From assembly GCA_963792945.1 (NCBI GenBank), contig CAWBYM010000001.1, forward strand, positions 137,244 to 201,243: a DNA stretch of 64,000 nucleotides, written 5' to 3'. How positions within the stretch are numbered: the stretch's first letter is position 1; every line of letters starts with the position of its first letter. The position numbers and the translations under genes were made by a program. This DNA comes from an uncultured delta proteobacterium (lineage in GTDB: Bacteria > Desulfobacterota > Desulfobacteria > Desulfobacterales > SG8-13). Below, piece after piece: positions 53,626-62,297 of this stretch. Below the pieces are notes generated by a model, which searched no databases, was not told where the DNA came from, and saw only the letters and a program-made list of their open reading frames with translations.

Positions 53626-54939
53626 ATGAAAATACTGCTCGTCAATCCACCCAACAGCGGCAAGAGTATCCCGGAAGAAGATTACGGGATCGGCAATATC
53701 AAGATGATCTTCAGGGGGGAGCCTCTGGCGCTTGAGGTCATTGCCGGAAACCTGGGGGAGCACGACGTCCGCATCGCCGACATGAAGGCCGATCCCCAAT
53801 CGCTCTCAGCCGGCCTGGCCGATTACGAGCCGGATCTGGTGGGGATCACCGGAGTGACATGTGAAGCCAATGCCGTGCTGAAGATCGCGACGGAAATGAA
53901 GCAGCGCTCCAATCCGATTGTCGTCGTCGGCGGCCACCATGCCTCGTGCGATCCGGGATACTTTAACCGCCCGGAGGTCGATTTCATCGTCGTAGGGCTC
54001 GGCAAACTGAGTTTCCGCGAACTGGTGGACGCCCTGGAGCGCGGCGATAGGGACGTGGACAAGGCCGGCGTGGCCAAAACCGTGCCCGGACGGCCGCTTT
54101 CGTTTCGGCCGCGTCGCTATACGACAGCCGATCTGGTCGACGATGCCGCCCCCCGCTACGACCTGGTTGAACATTACCGGGACACCTATGTCATGAGCGG
54201 GGTCGGCGGAAAAGCAGGCTATGTAGCGACGGCTTTCGGGTGCACCCATCGCTGTCATTTCTGTTCGATACCCCATATGACCGGTGGCCGTTACCTGTCC
54301 CACGGCGTCGATGCGGTTCTGCGCGACATGCGCATGTTGGAAGCCGTGCCTCTTATCCGTCTGGTGGACGCCAACACCTTCGGAGATGTGGCTGTCGCGG
54401 AGGCCCTGGCCCGGCGGATCATCGCGGCCGGTATGGAAAAACCCATCGTGGCGGATGTGCGTGCGGATACGGTCGTTCGGCACCCCGAAATTTTCAAGAC
54501 CTGGCGGCAGGCCGGGATGGCGGCAGCGGTTATCGGGTTCGAGGAAATCAGCGATGCGCGCCTCCAGGGGTTGAACAAACGTTCCGATGTGGCCGCCAAT
54601 ATTGCGGCGACCGCGATTCTCAAGAGGCTCGGCATCAGGATCATCGGTGATTTCATTATTTCACCGGATTATGAGGCGGCCGATTTCGACCGCCTCGAAC
54701 AGTTTGTCAGGGCCCAGGGTATCGACCTGCCCCTTCCGGCCGTGCTGACGCCGCTTCCCGGAACGGCTTTGTACAAGAGATGGCGGACGAAAATCACCGT
54801 TCATGACCTGGACTACTATACATTCACCAATGCCGTGATGCCGACCCGGATGCCGGAAAGAGAATTTTATCAAGCGTATGCAGAGCTGCTGGAAAAATTT
54901 CTCGGGCATTTAAATCAAGGAGAAAAGAAAGTACCGTAA
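53626..54939 (+). CDS. Cobalamin-binding radical SAM protein 4
   Basis: EPLALE, PDLVGIT, GGHHAS, FGCTHRCHFC, GFE, LTPLPGT. Confidence 0.9.
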   Translation: MKILLVNPPNSGKSIPEEDYGIGNIKMIFRGEPLALEVIAGNLGEHDVRIADMKADPQSLSAGLADYEPDLVGITGVTCEANAVLKIATEMKQRSNPIVVVGGHHASCDPGYFNRPEVDFIVVGLGKLSFRELVDALERGDRDVDKAGVAKTVPGRPLSFRPRRYTTADLVDDAAPRYDLVEHYRDTYVMSGVGGKAGYVATAFGCTHRCHFCSIPHMTGGRYLSHGVDAVLRDMRMLEAVPLIRLVDANTFGDVAVAEALARRIIAAGMEKPIVADVRADTVVRHPEIFKTWRQAGMAAAVIGFEEISDARLQGLNKRSDVAANIAATAILKRLGIRIIGDFIISPDYEAADFDRLEQFVRAQGIDLPLPAVLTPLPGTALYKRWRTKITVHDLDYYTFTNAVMPTRMPEREFYQAYAELLEKFLGHLNQGEKKVP

Positions 54940-56087
54940 TGGACGTGTTTATCAACGACATCGCCGCATTCCTGCCCAACGATCCGGTCGACAACGAGGC
55001 CATCGAGACGGTTCTGGGCCGGATCAACAATATACCCTCCAAGGCCAAACGGATCGTATTGAAAAACAACAAAATCGAGCGGCGCTATTATGCGCTCGAT
55101 GCGTCAACCCGACGCTTGACCCACAACAACGCCCAATTGACGGCGGCCGCCATCCGTGATCTCAGGCCGTACGCCGGTTTCAGCCTGCAAGATATCGAGT
55201 GTCTCTGCTGCGGTTCGACCAGCCCCGACTTCCTGTTTCCGGGGCATGCCTTGATGGTTTTGGGAGAGCTGGGACTCGATGAGTGCGAAGCCGTGACGAC
55301 CGCCGGCATCTGTATCAGCGGTATGACGGCCCTAAAGTTCGCCTTCATGAACGTTGCCGCCGGTTTTTCCTCCAATGCGGTAGCGACCGGTTCCGAACTG
55401 GCCTCCTCTTTCCTGAGGGCCGATTTCATGGCCCCTTATCTCAGCGAAGGCGAGGCGACCGATGTGGGCCGGCAGCCTGTGCGGGCCTTCGATGCCGATT
55501 TCCTGCGCTGGATGCTTTCGGATGGCGCCGGAGCCGTGTTCTTGTCCCATCGACCGAATCATGACCGGCCCTCACTCAAAATAGAATGGATCGATCACAG
55601 CTCCTATGCGGGGCAACTGGATACCTGCATGTATTCGGGCGGGATCAAATCAGAGGACGGCCGGGCCGTCGGCTGGCGCGAAAGGGAGGCGATCGATCCG
55701 GAATCCCGACCTTATCTCTTCGCCGTGCGGCAAGACATCAAGCTGCTCGATAGGCACATCGTCGATACGATGGGCAGGGCGCTGTCAACGGTGGTGAAAA
55801 AACGCCGGATAAGGCCGGAGGAGATGGACTGGTTCTTGCCCCATTATTCCTCGGCCTATTTCAGGCCAAAGTTTTACGACGAAATGAAACGGATCGGGTT
55901 CGAGATTCCCTACCATAAGTGGTTCACCAATCTGGCATCGAAGGGCAACACGGGTAGTGCGGCTATCTTCATCATTCTGGAAGAGATATTCCATTCCGGC
56001 AACCTGCAGAAGGGGCAGCAGCTGCTCTGCTTCATACCGGAAAGCGGTCGTTTTTCACACTGCTTCATGCTGTTGACGGTCGTTTAG
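54939..56087 (+). CDS. darB: DarB/StlD-family KAS III-type condensing enzyme
   Basis: FLPNDPV, AGICISG (Cys), DFLRWMLSDGAGA, FLPHYSS, KWFTNL..GNTGSA, PESGRFS. Confidence 0.85.
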   Translation: MDVFINDIAAFLPNDPVDNEAIETVLGRINNIPSKAKRIVLKNNKIERRYYALDASTRRLTHNNAQLTAAAIRDLRPYAGFSLQDIECLCCGSTSPDFLFPGHALMVLGELGLDECEAVTTAGICISGMTALKFAFMNVAAGFSSNAVATGSELASSFLRADFMAPYLSEGEATDVGRQPVRAFDADFLRWMLSDGAGAVFLSHRPNHDRPSLKIEWIDHSSYAGQLDTCMYSGGIKSEDGRAVGWREREAIDPESRPYLFAVRQDIKLLDRHIVDTMGRALSTVVKKRRIRPEEMDWFLPHYSSAYFRPKFYDEMKRIGFEIPYHKWFTNLASKGNTGSAAIFIILEEIFHSGNLQKGQQLLCFIPESGRFSHCFMLLTVV

Positions 56088-57249
56088 GTGCCGAGGGTTT
56101 GATCAAAAGAGAGGACGTTTTTTCCCTCCGTTGCGCTGTCCCGGCACCACGCCCTGAATCGTATTCCTGGCCGCGTTCCTGCGACAAAACGACCCAACCG
56201 ATGTCTCCCGCGCATCCTGTTGTCAGGCAGCCGATCTCTTGGCGGTCGACTTTTGCAGCGGCATTCGAAGGGGGCGTTCCCCGGCGCTGGTTATCCCCGG
56301 TCCGGGGCCAAGGGGGGTAGAACTTTCCGGTTTTAAGCATGATCGCCGCCATGGCCAAGTCAAAAGCCGGCCCCACCGGCAGTCTGCCATAGAGGTGCTC
56401 GTATGAGGCCATTTCTGGACCGTTACCAGCAAATGCATCAGGGTCGCTGCTCGAATGAATGATCGTAAGGGGCACCGGCGGGCCGGTCCGGTTATAGTCG
56501 GATACAGCCTGCACCCTGGCGGATTTGACACGGGCATAGACCGCTGCCGGCTGATCTTTTACCAGGACGAAAAAGGCACTCCCTTCACCGACCGGCGAAC
56601 GGTGAGACGGTAGCTGGGTCGGCCGGTTGGGTCGTCGTTCAGGCGCCAGGTACTGCCTGTAGTAACCCATGGACCGTGAAAATTCATCCGCACCGCCGAC
56701 CAGAGCGACATCGACGCGATCCTCTTCAATCCACTGGCATGCCGTCAAAAAGGCCAGGGGGACGGACATGTCGAACTGATTGATCGTCAGTGTCGGGCCG
56801 TGTCCGCCGAGAAAGGTTGCGATATGGGCCGCGGTCGCGCTGTGGACTGAATTGACGAAGCGGGTGGGGGACGTGCAGGGATTGTCCTCATCTATGTCGG
56901 TGTTGAGAGAGTCAAAGGTGTCGCAGGTGGAACCGTATCCGGTGGCGAAGACTATCCCCATCCGGCCGTGCCGAATTTTAGCCTGCCCGGCATCATCGAG
57001 GGCCAGAAAGCTCCCCAAAAGCGCCAGCCGCGTGAAATGATCGATTCTGCGCAGGGCCTTGCGTGGGACAAAATCCTCCAGTACGCTGGTGTCGGCTGTA
57101 TATCCGTAAACATCGACCGGACCGTTCGCGGTGTGGGTATTGAACGTTTGGACCGGGGGCGCGGTACCCACCAGTGCCGCCTGCTCGAGGGCCGACACAC
57201 CGCAGCCGAATCCGCCGACGACACCGATGCCGCTTATCGTTGCTTTCAA
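56065..57249 (-). CDS. KS chain-length-factor-like protein
   Basis: LRRIDHF, SPTRFVNSVHS, GGADE; no catalytic triad; follows a KS. Confidence 0.8.
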   Translation of the reverse strand: MKATISGIGVVGGFGCGVSALEQAALVGTAPPVQTFNTHTANGPVDVYGYTADTSVLEDFVPRKALRRIDHFTRLALLGSFLALDDAGQAKIRHGRMGIVFATGYGSTCDTFDSLNTDIDEDNPCTSPTRFVNSVHSATAAHIATFLGGHGPTLTINQFDMSVPLAFLTACQWIEEDRVDVALVGGADEFSRSMGYYRQYLAPERRPNRPTQLPSHRSPVGEGSAFFVLVKDQPAAVYARVKSARVQAVSDYNRTGPPVPLTIIHSSSDPDAFAGNGPEMASYEHLYGRLPVGPAFDLAMAAIMLKTGKFYPPWPRTGDNQRRGTPPSNAAAKVDRQEIGCLTTGCAGDIGWVVLSQERGQEYDSGRGAGTAQRREKTSSLLIKPSAPKRPSTA

Positions 57250-58451
57250 ATTCCGCTTTCCTTTGTTGCCAAGACCAGAGCCGAGTTATTGCCCCCGAAG
57301 GCCAGGGTGTTGGAAATGGCCACATGGCCGCTGACCGGCGTGACTTCAGCGACCGGCGATTCGGGCAGTTCAGGATCGGGCGTTGAAAAACCGGCGCTCC
57401 GTGGGATTTTCGCCTGCTCCAGACAGGCGACGGTGATAACGGCATCGATGGCGCCCGCTGCCCCCAGAGTGTGACCGATGTAGCCCTTGGTCGAGAAAAA
57501 GTTGATCTGCGGGAACATCTCGTGGAACAGGGTCGCCTCGACACGGTCGTTGTCGGGTGTGCCGGTGCCGTGGGCGTTGATAAACGCCATGTCTGCCGGA
57601 GCCAGCCCACCGGCGGTCAAAGCCTCCGTCATCGCCATTCGCAGGCCCTTGCCCTCCGGATGGGGGGCCGTGAAGTGATAGGCGTCGCTGGCCGCTCCGT
57701 ACCCCAATAAGTAGGCCCGAGGGGACTTGCCCCGCTTTCGTACCCTTTCATCGGATTCCAGAATCATCATCGCAGCGCCCTCCCCGAGATTCAAACCGCC
57801 GCGATAGGCATCGAAGGGCTTGCAAGGGGCAAGGTCGCAGTTCATGAGCGAAATGAACCCGTTGTAGGTGACCTGGTACAGTTCGTCGACCCCGCCGGTG
57901 ATAACGGCATCGCAGAGGCCCAGTCGAATCCACGCCGCCGCTAGACCGATTGCATCGGCGCTGGCGGCACACGCATTCACAATCGTCTGACGGGGACCGG
58001 ACAACTGGAACTCCTGGGCTATGTGAACCGCAGGATTGCTCATCAGGAAACGCTGGTTCGGCGTGATAAGGGGATTCTCGGCCGGCGAGACCGATCGGCG
58101 CAGGGCGCGATTGCCGATCGATTGATCGACTGAGGAGCCGATGCAGATGCCGATCCGTTCAGCGCCGGGCACCCGGCGGTCCCATCCGGCATCGGCAATG
58201 GCTTCCGCCACCGCCATCAACGCCATCTGGCTGTTGCGGAGTCGGCAGATGCGCTGAAAGCGGTCAGGGTCGAAAAAAGATTCTGATACTTCGAAGACCG
58301 GATAGGGAGGGGATGCGGCGGCGGTCAGCCGGGAGGGAGGTACTGGGTGGCGTTCTCCTTGAAAAAGAAAATCGATGCAGTTCGGCAAATCGAGTCCCGC
58401 AGCACAAAGGCAACCCATGCCGGTGATGGCGACCGGTTTCAAGCGCTTCAT
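57246..58451 (-). CDS. Beta-ketoacyl-ACP synthase
   Basis: NACAAS, NAHGTGT, GHTLGAAG, NTLAFGG. Confidence 0.9.
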   Translation of the reverse strand: MKRLKPVAITGMGCLCAAGLDLPNCIDFLFQGERHPVPPSRLTAAASPPYPVFEVSESFFDPDRFQRICRLRNSQMALMAVAEAIADAGWDRRVPGAERIGICIGSSVDQSIGNRALRRSVSPAENPLITPNQRFLMSNPAVHIAQEFQLSGPRQTIVNACAASADAIGLAAAWIRLGLCDAVITGGVDELYQVTYNGFISLMNCDLAPCKPFDAYRGGLNLGEGAAMMILESDERVRKRGKSPRAYLLGYGAASDAYHFTAPHPEGKGLRMAMTEALTAGGLAPADMAFINAHGTGTPDNDRVEATLFHEMFPQINFFSTKGYIGHTLGAAGAIDAVITVACLEQAKIPRSAGFSTPDPELPESPVAEVTPVSGHVAISNTLAFGGNNSALVLATKESGI

Positions 58452-58711
58452 GCAGCCCTGCTTTTTAATATAAAGGCCGCCATGGTGTTGATGGACTGGA
58501 GCACCGGGCGCCCCTCCTTCATGTTGCGTATTTCGACACCGAAATTGGCCTTGATCTGAAAGACGATTTCGATCGCATCGACCGAGTCCAGGCCGTATTT
58601 GTCACCGAAAAGAGGCTCGTCGTCGGCAATGTCTGCTGGATCGACATCGATGAGATCGAGTTCGGCGACCAGGATCTCTTTCAGTCTCTGTTTGAGTTCT
58701 GTCGTATTCAC
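58448..58711 (-). CDS. Acyl carrier protein 4
   Basis: YGLDSVDAIE motif. Confidence 0.9.
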   Translation of the reverse strand: MNTTELKQRLKEILVAELDLIDVDPADIADDEPLFGDKYGLDSVDAIEIVFQIKANFGVEIRNMKEGRPVLQSINTMAAFILKSRAA

Positions 58712-58747
58712 TCTGCAGTTCTAATTCGTATAATGATCAAATGAGTT

Positions 58748-59767
58748 TCAGGAAACAACGGTCCTCAATTCCTTGTAGAGCCGCTCCTCTCGGGATGCGC
58801 AGTCTTTCAGGATCTCCGCCATGGCGGGGTAGGTTTCCAATGCAGAGGCGCGGTTTTTACAAATTCGTGATCCGATAAGGGCGAAGTCGCGCCATCGGTC
58901 ACCGACGGTGGTCATCCGCTGTGAGAGGTCCAGCAACCGGTTATCGCCAAGGATGGAGGCGCTTTCCTGCAGAAACGCCGCATAGAGGAATCGGAAGCCG
59001 GCGCCGCCTGTGCCGATCTCTTCCTGCATGCGAATCAGCTGTCCGAGACTCAGTGCCGCCTTCTCTTCGCCCAGTTTTTGGGGCCAGTGTTCCAGTTTGC
59101 CGGCCAGATAGCGCATCCCCCTCACACCGATGAAACACACGGGTGCCCTGGTCATAACATTGCAAACGGCCTTGATTCCCTTGATGATGGCCGCATTCAG
59201 GTCAACATCGGTGGGCACCGAGGTGACGTAGTACATCTTGCCTTTCGGGGCCAAGGGGCCTTGGGCGAAGCGGGCCTTCATCAGATCTTTCTCGGGGCAG
59301 GTGACCGGATCCGGGAACACTGGATCGCTGATCAGGTAATCTCCGTTTCTGCGGCCGTAGGCGACCAGGTTGTGCATGTTGAAATGAAAGCGATAACGCT
59401 TCGGAAAATAAGAGAGCCAGTAAGCGCCTGTTCGGCATCCGACCGGCGTTTGCTGATCGAGTTTACGGTTTAAGGCCGACATGGCGATCTGGGGGTCACG
59501 AAATTTTTCCCACTTGATGTTGACATTCAATCGACGAGCAACGAGGTTGATGATCCGGCCGTTGCCGGCGCGAAAGGTCGTCAACGCTAAATTGTTGAGT
59601 CGGATGAACGGAAAATACCCGAAAAATAGCCCGCTGCCGATTCCGAAGGCCAAAGGTTCACTGATTGTCAGGCCATAGTGCGACAGCAAATTAGACGCGA
59701 CGCCGGACTCACAGTGGGCTGACTGCCGGTGTGTAAAGGGGATGCTCAGGTCGGTGTCAATCTTCAT
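58748..59767 (-). CDS. BtrH N-terminal domain / DUF4872 protein (papain/C39-like fold)
   Basis: HRQSAHCESG, FGIGSGLFF, FHFNMH, ISDP, QEEIGTGGAGFR. Confidence 0.82.
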   Translation of the reverse strand: MKIDTDLSIPFTHRQSAHCESGVASNLLSHYGLTISEPLAFGIGSGLFFGYFPFIRLNNLALTTFRAGNGRIINLVARRLNVNIKWEKFRDPQIAMSALNRKLDQQTPVGCRTGAYWLSYFPKRYRFHFNMHNLVAYGRRNGDYLISDPVFPDPVTCPEKDLMKARFAQGPLAPKGKMYYVTSVPTDVDLNAAIIKGIKAVCNVMTRAPVCFIGVRGMRYLAGKLEHWPQKLGEEKAALSLGQLIRMQEEIGTGGAGFRFLYAAFLQESASILGDNRLLDLSQRMTTVGDRWRDFALIGSRICKNRASALETYPAMAEILKDCASREERLYKELRTVVS

Positions 59768-60179
59768 AAAACGATGTTTCCCTATCGTCGGGTATGTTTG
59801 TGAGAGCTCCGGGAGAAATGCCGAAGACGTCGGCATAGCGTTTCAACAGGGCCTGGTCGAGGCGATTGAATCCGGCGGGCTTCAGATGGCGACGCACCCG
59901 CCAGCGCGACAACCCCATATAGCTGGCCAGCAAACCGACGTTCATCAGGTTTCTGGTCATATGATAGGCTAATGGACTGCGTTTACCGGATCGAATTTGT
60001 TCGATGACGGAAGCGATTTCCTTGCGGATCACCCCCCAGGCCTGCTGATTGGCGATATTCTTCGGTTCCCAACCCAGGCTGGGCACTTGAACATATCTGC
60101 CGTCGTCATCGACCGCATAGGTGATTTCCGACAGGCCTTGATTGAGGCCGACATCTTGAGGGACATCTTTTTTCTGCAT
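59757..60179 (-). CDS. Conserved hypothetical protein of dar/flexirubin-type clusters
   Basis: MQKKDVPQD, YAVD..G.Y...S.GW, SPLAYHM, WRVRRHLKP. Confidence 0.75.
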   Translation of the reverse strand: MQKKDVPQDVGLNQGLSEITYAVDDDGRYVQVPSLGWEPKNIANQQAWGVIRKEIASVIEQIRSGKRSPLAYHMTRNLMNVGLLASYMGLSRWRVRRHLKPAGFNRLDQALLKRYADVFGISPGALTNIPDDRETSFYED

Positions 60180-60230
60180 AGACCCAAAACCGTATCAGTG
60201 ATCAATGTCGAATTCGAACGCGGGGTAGGA

Positions 60231-60259
60231 AATATCGCGGAATTTCGGCCTCTTGTCAA
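60231..60259 (-). promoter_or_regulatory. Putative sigma70 promoter for the hyp-btrH-ACP-KS-CLF operon
   Basis: TTGACA-17 nt-GATATT. Confidence 0.4.
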
Positions 60260-60454
60260 CGCCTATTGTTTTCGATGCCCCGAAGATCAGGGGTTTGCGC
60301 GGGTGATCCTGTTCCGGTTGAGCGCCGAATTTGTGACAGGGGGACTTTTTGCGATAGGCTAACGGTCACAAATGACAAGTGCCTCGGTTGGCCATTGAAT
60401 CACCGGGGGAAGAACCTTCTAAAATGCCGATGGGGTCGGCCTCCTGGTAAAGAA

Positions 60455-60823
60455 TTATTTTTCGCCGTACACGATGACCTTGTCGTGACGCCAGATACCC
60501 AGAATGCTCAACCGCTCGATATCGGCGTAATAAACCGTTTTCAATCCGTGTTTTTTGGCGATCTCCCCCACCGCGTTGGAATTGAATTCGGCATAGATGC
60601 CATAGCCGGAAAAAGGCTCTTTGATGCGGAAGATCTTTCCGCCGCCGCTATCGATGCCGGCAGGGGTCTGGTTGAGATCGGCCGTTAGCGGGTACTTGAC
60701 GCGGGTGACCACTGTACCGATCAGAACGGCATGGCCGTTTTTGACCACAGCGCCGCATCCGAAAAGGGTGAGTCCGATCACCGCAGCCAGTATCGTCGAC
60801 CCGATCATGTTTTTTATGAACAT
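60455..60823 (-). CDS. TRL-like family lipoprotein
   Basis: LFGC lipobox; AKKHGLKTVYYAD...SILG...IVYG; AAGGAG RBS. Confidence 0.7.
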   Translation of the reverse strand: MFIKNMIGSTILAAVIGLTLFGCGAVVKNGHAVLIGTVVTRVKYPLTADLNQTPAGIDSGGGKIFRIKEPFSGYGIYAEFNSNAVGEIAKKHGLKTVYYADIERLSILGIWRHDKVIVYGEK

Positions 60824-60966
60824 TTTCGGCTCCTTCAACGGGTTGTTCCCTGAATAAGCCGGCAGTGAATCTATGAGTCGTTGCCTTTGGCGGGCGACGT
60901 TGGTACCCCTCAACCGGGTTTGCCGCGGGCACCCCCTGTGCGGATGGCGTTCTGCCGACCGTTTGG

Positions 60967-61257
60967 TTAATCCCCGTAAACGACGATGCGCCAGCGGGTA
61001 AAGAGACCGAACAGGACCTGCAGGACTTCCTGGTCTGCATGCCTCATCACCGTGATGTGCCCGTTTTCGGCGGCGGCGGTATAGCTGGCATCGCCCCAAG
61101 CCACCAGCCAAAGGAGGCTGTAGGCTTCCGCGGTGCCGGTTTTGGATCCCAACTCGGTCCGGTTGAGATCGGTATCGTAGGGCGTTCGGACGTTGACGTA
61201 AGCGCAGCCTTGGAACAACAGCAGCGCCAGGATGGTCAACACGACGGTTTTTCTCAT
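60967..61257 (-). CDS. TRL-like family lipoprotein
   Basis: FQGC lipobox; KTGTA...LVAWGDAS..AAA..G.I....AD...VYG. Confidence 0.8.
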   Translation of the reverse strand: MRKTVVLTILALLLFQGCAYVNVRTPYDTDLNRTELGSKTGTAEAYSLLWLVAWGDASYTAAAENGHITVMRHADQEVLQVLFGLFTRWRIVVYGD

Positions 61258-61622
61258 GCTCTCACCGGCCTCCCATTTCGGGTTGCGCATATCAAACGAC
61301 ACCAGAAGCTGTTACGCTTCTCACATATGGGGACCACGGCATCGAAGAACTTCAACTTTGCATCAAAAGCAGTCGCGGTCAAGGGCGATTTGTACGGGCT
61401 GCCGGAGTGAATTGTCTGCCGGTTCGCCACAGTCTGTTGTGAAGCGTCACTCCGCCGCCGGTCTACTCGCACAGGGCAGGCGCAATCGTTCCGTCGGCAA
61501 AAAATTGCTTGAGCGCTTGACCTGCGAATGCTACCTTTTGAATCCAAAGGATGGGTGGGTGCGATCTGACACCGCAACGGCTGCCCGGTGACGGTAATCT
61601 TGCATTCGTTTCGAGGACGGAG

Positions 61623-62297
61623 ATGGATGATATCGTGACTATTGCGTTGTTTCCCCTGGGGGTCGTTATCCTGCCAGGCATGGACCTGCCTCTGCATATT
61701 TTCGAAGAACGATACAAACTGATGATCTCTGAGTGCCTCGCTGAAGATCGGCCCTTTGGGATCGTCCTGTTCGATGGCCAGCATATGCGCTCCACAGGAT
61801 GCACGGCAAGGGTCATTGAGGTGACCCAACGCTACCCAGACGGTCGGATGGATATTCTGACGCGGGGGGAAAAGAAATTCGTCGTTCAAAAGGTCTTCAG
61901 AGACAAACCGTACTTCGAGGCGCATGTGAACTATGTGGAGGACCGGGACGAACCGGACGCCGATAGCCTGGGGAGTGTCATCGAAAGCCTTCGGGGCCTG
62001 CTCAGCGAACTCTACGACCTGGACCGATCGTCCGTTGATGTCGACATCCCGGTGCCATCCGATCCACAGAAACTCTCTTTTGCCATTGCGTCCCTGCAAG
62101 CCTTTACCCCGGTTGAGCGTCAGGTGTTTCTGGAAATGACTTCCGCTGCCGAGAGAATGGAAAAAGGTATCCGGAGCTTAGCCAGGCTCGTTCAGCGCAC
62201 CCGTTTGACCCAGGAAATCCACGATATTATCGGCGGCAACGGCAATCCACCGAAAGACCTTATCGACCTGATGGGCTCGGAAGAACGGAGCCGTTGA
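61623..62297 (+). CDS. Lon N-terminal substrate-binding domain protein
   Basis: ALFPL..VILPG..LPLHIFEERY, GCTA, DGR.DI..RG. Confidence 0.88.
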   Translation: MDDIVTIALFPLGVVILPGMDLPLHIFEERYKLMISECLAEDRPFGIVLFDGQHMRSTGCTARVIEVTQRYPDGRMDILTRGEKKFVVQKVFRDKPYFEAHVNYVEDRDEPDADSLGSVIESLRGLLSELYDLDRSSVDVDIPVPSDPQKLSFAIASLQAFTPVERQVFLEMTSAAERMEKGIRSLARLVQRTRLTQEIHDIIGGNGNPPKDLIDLMGSEERSR

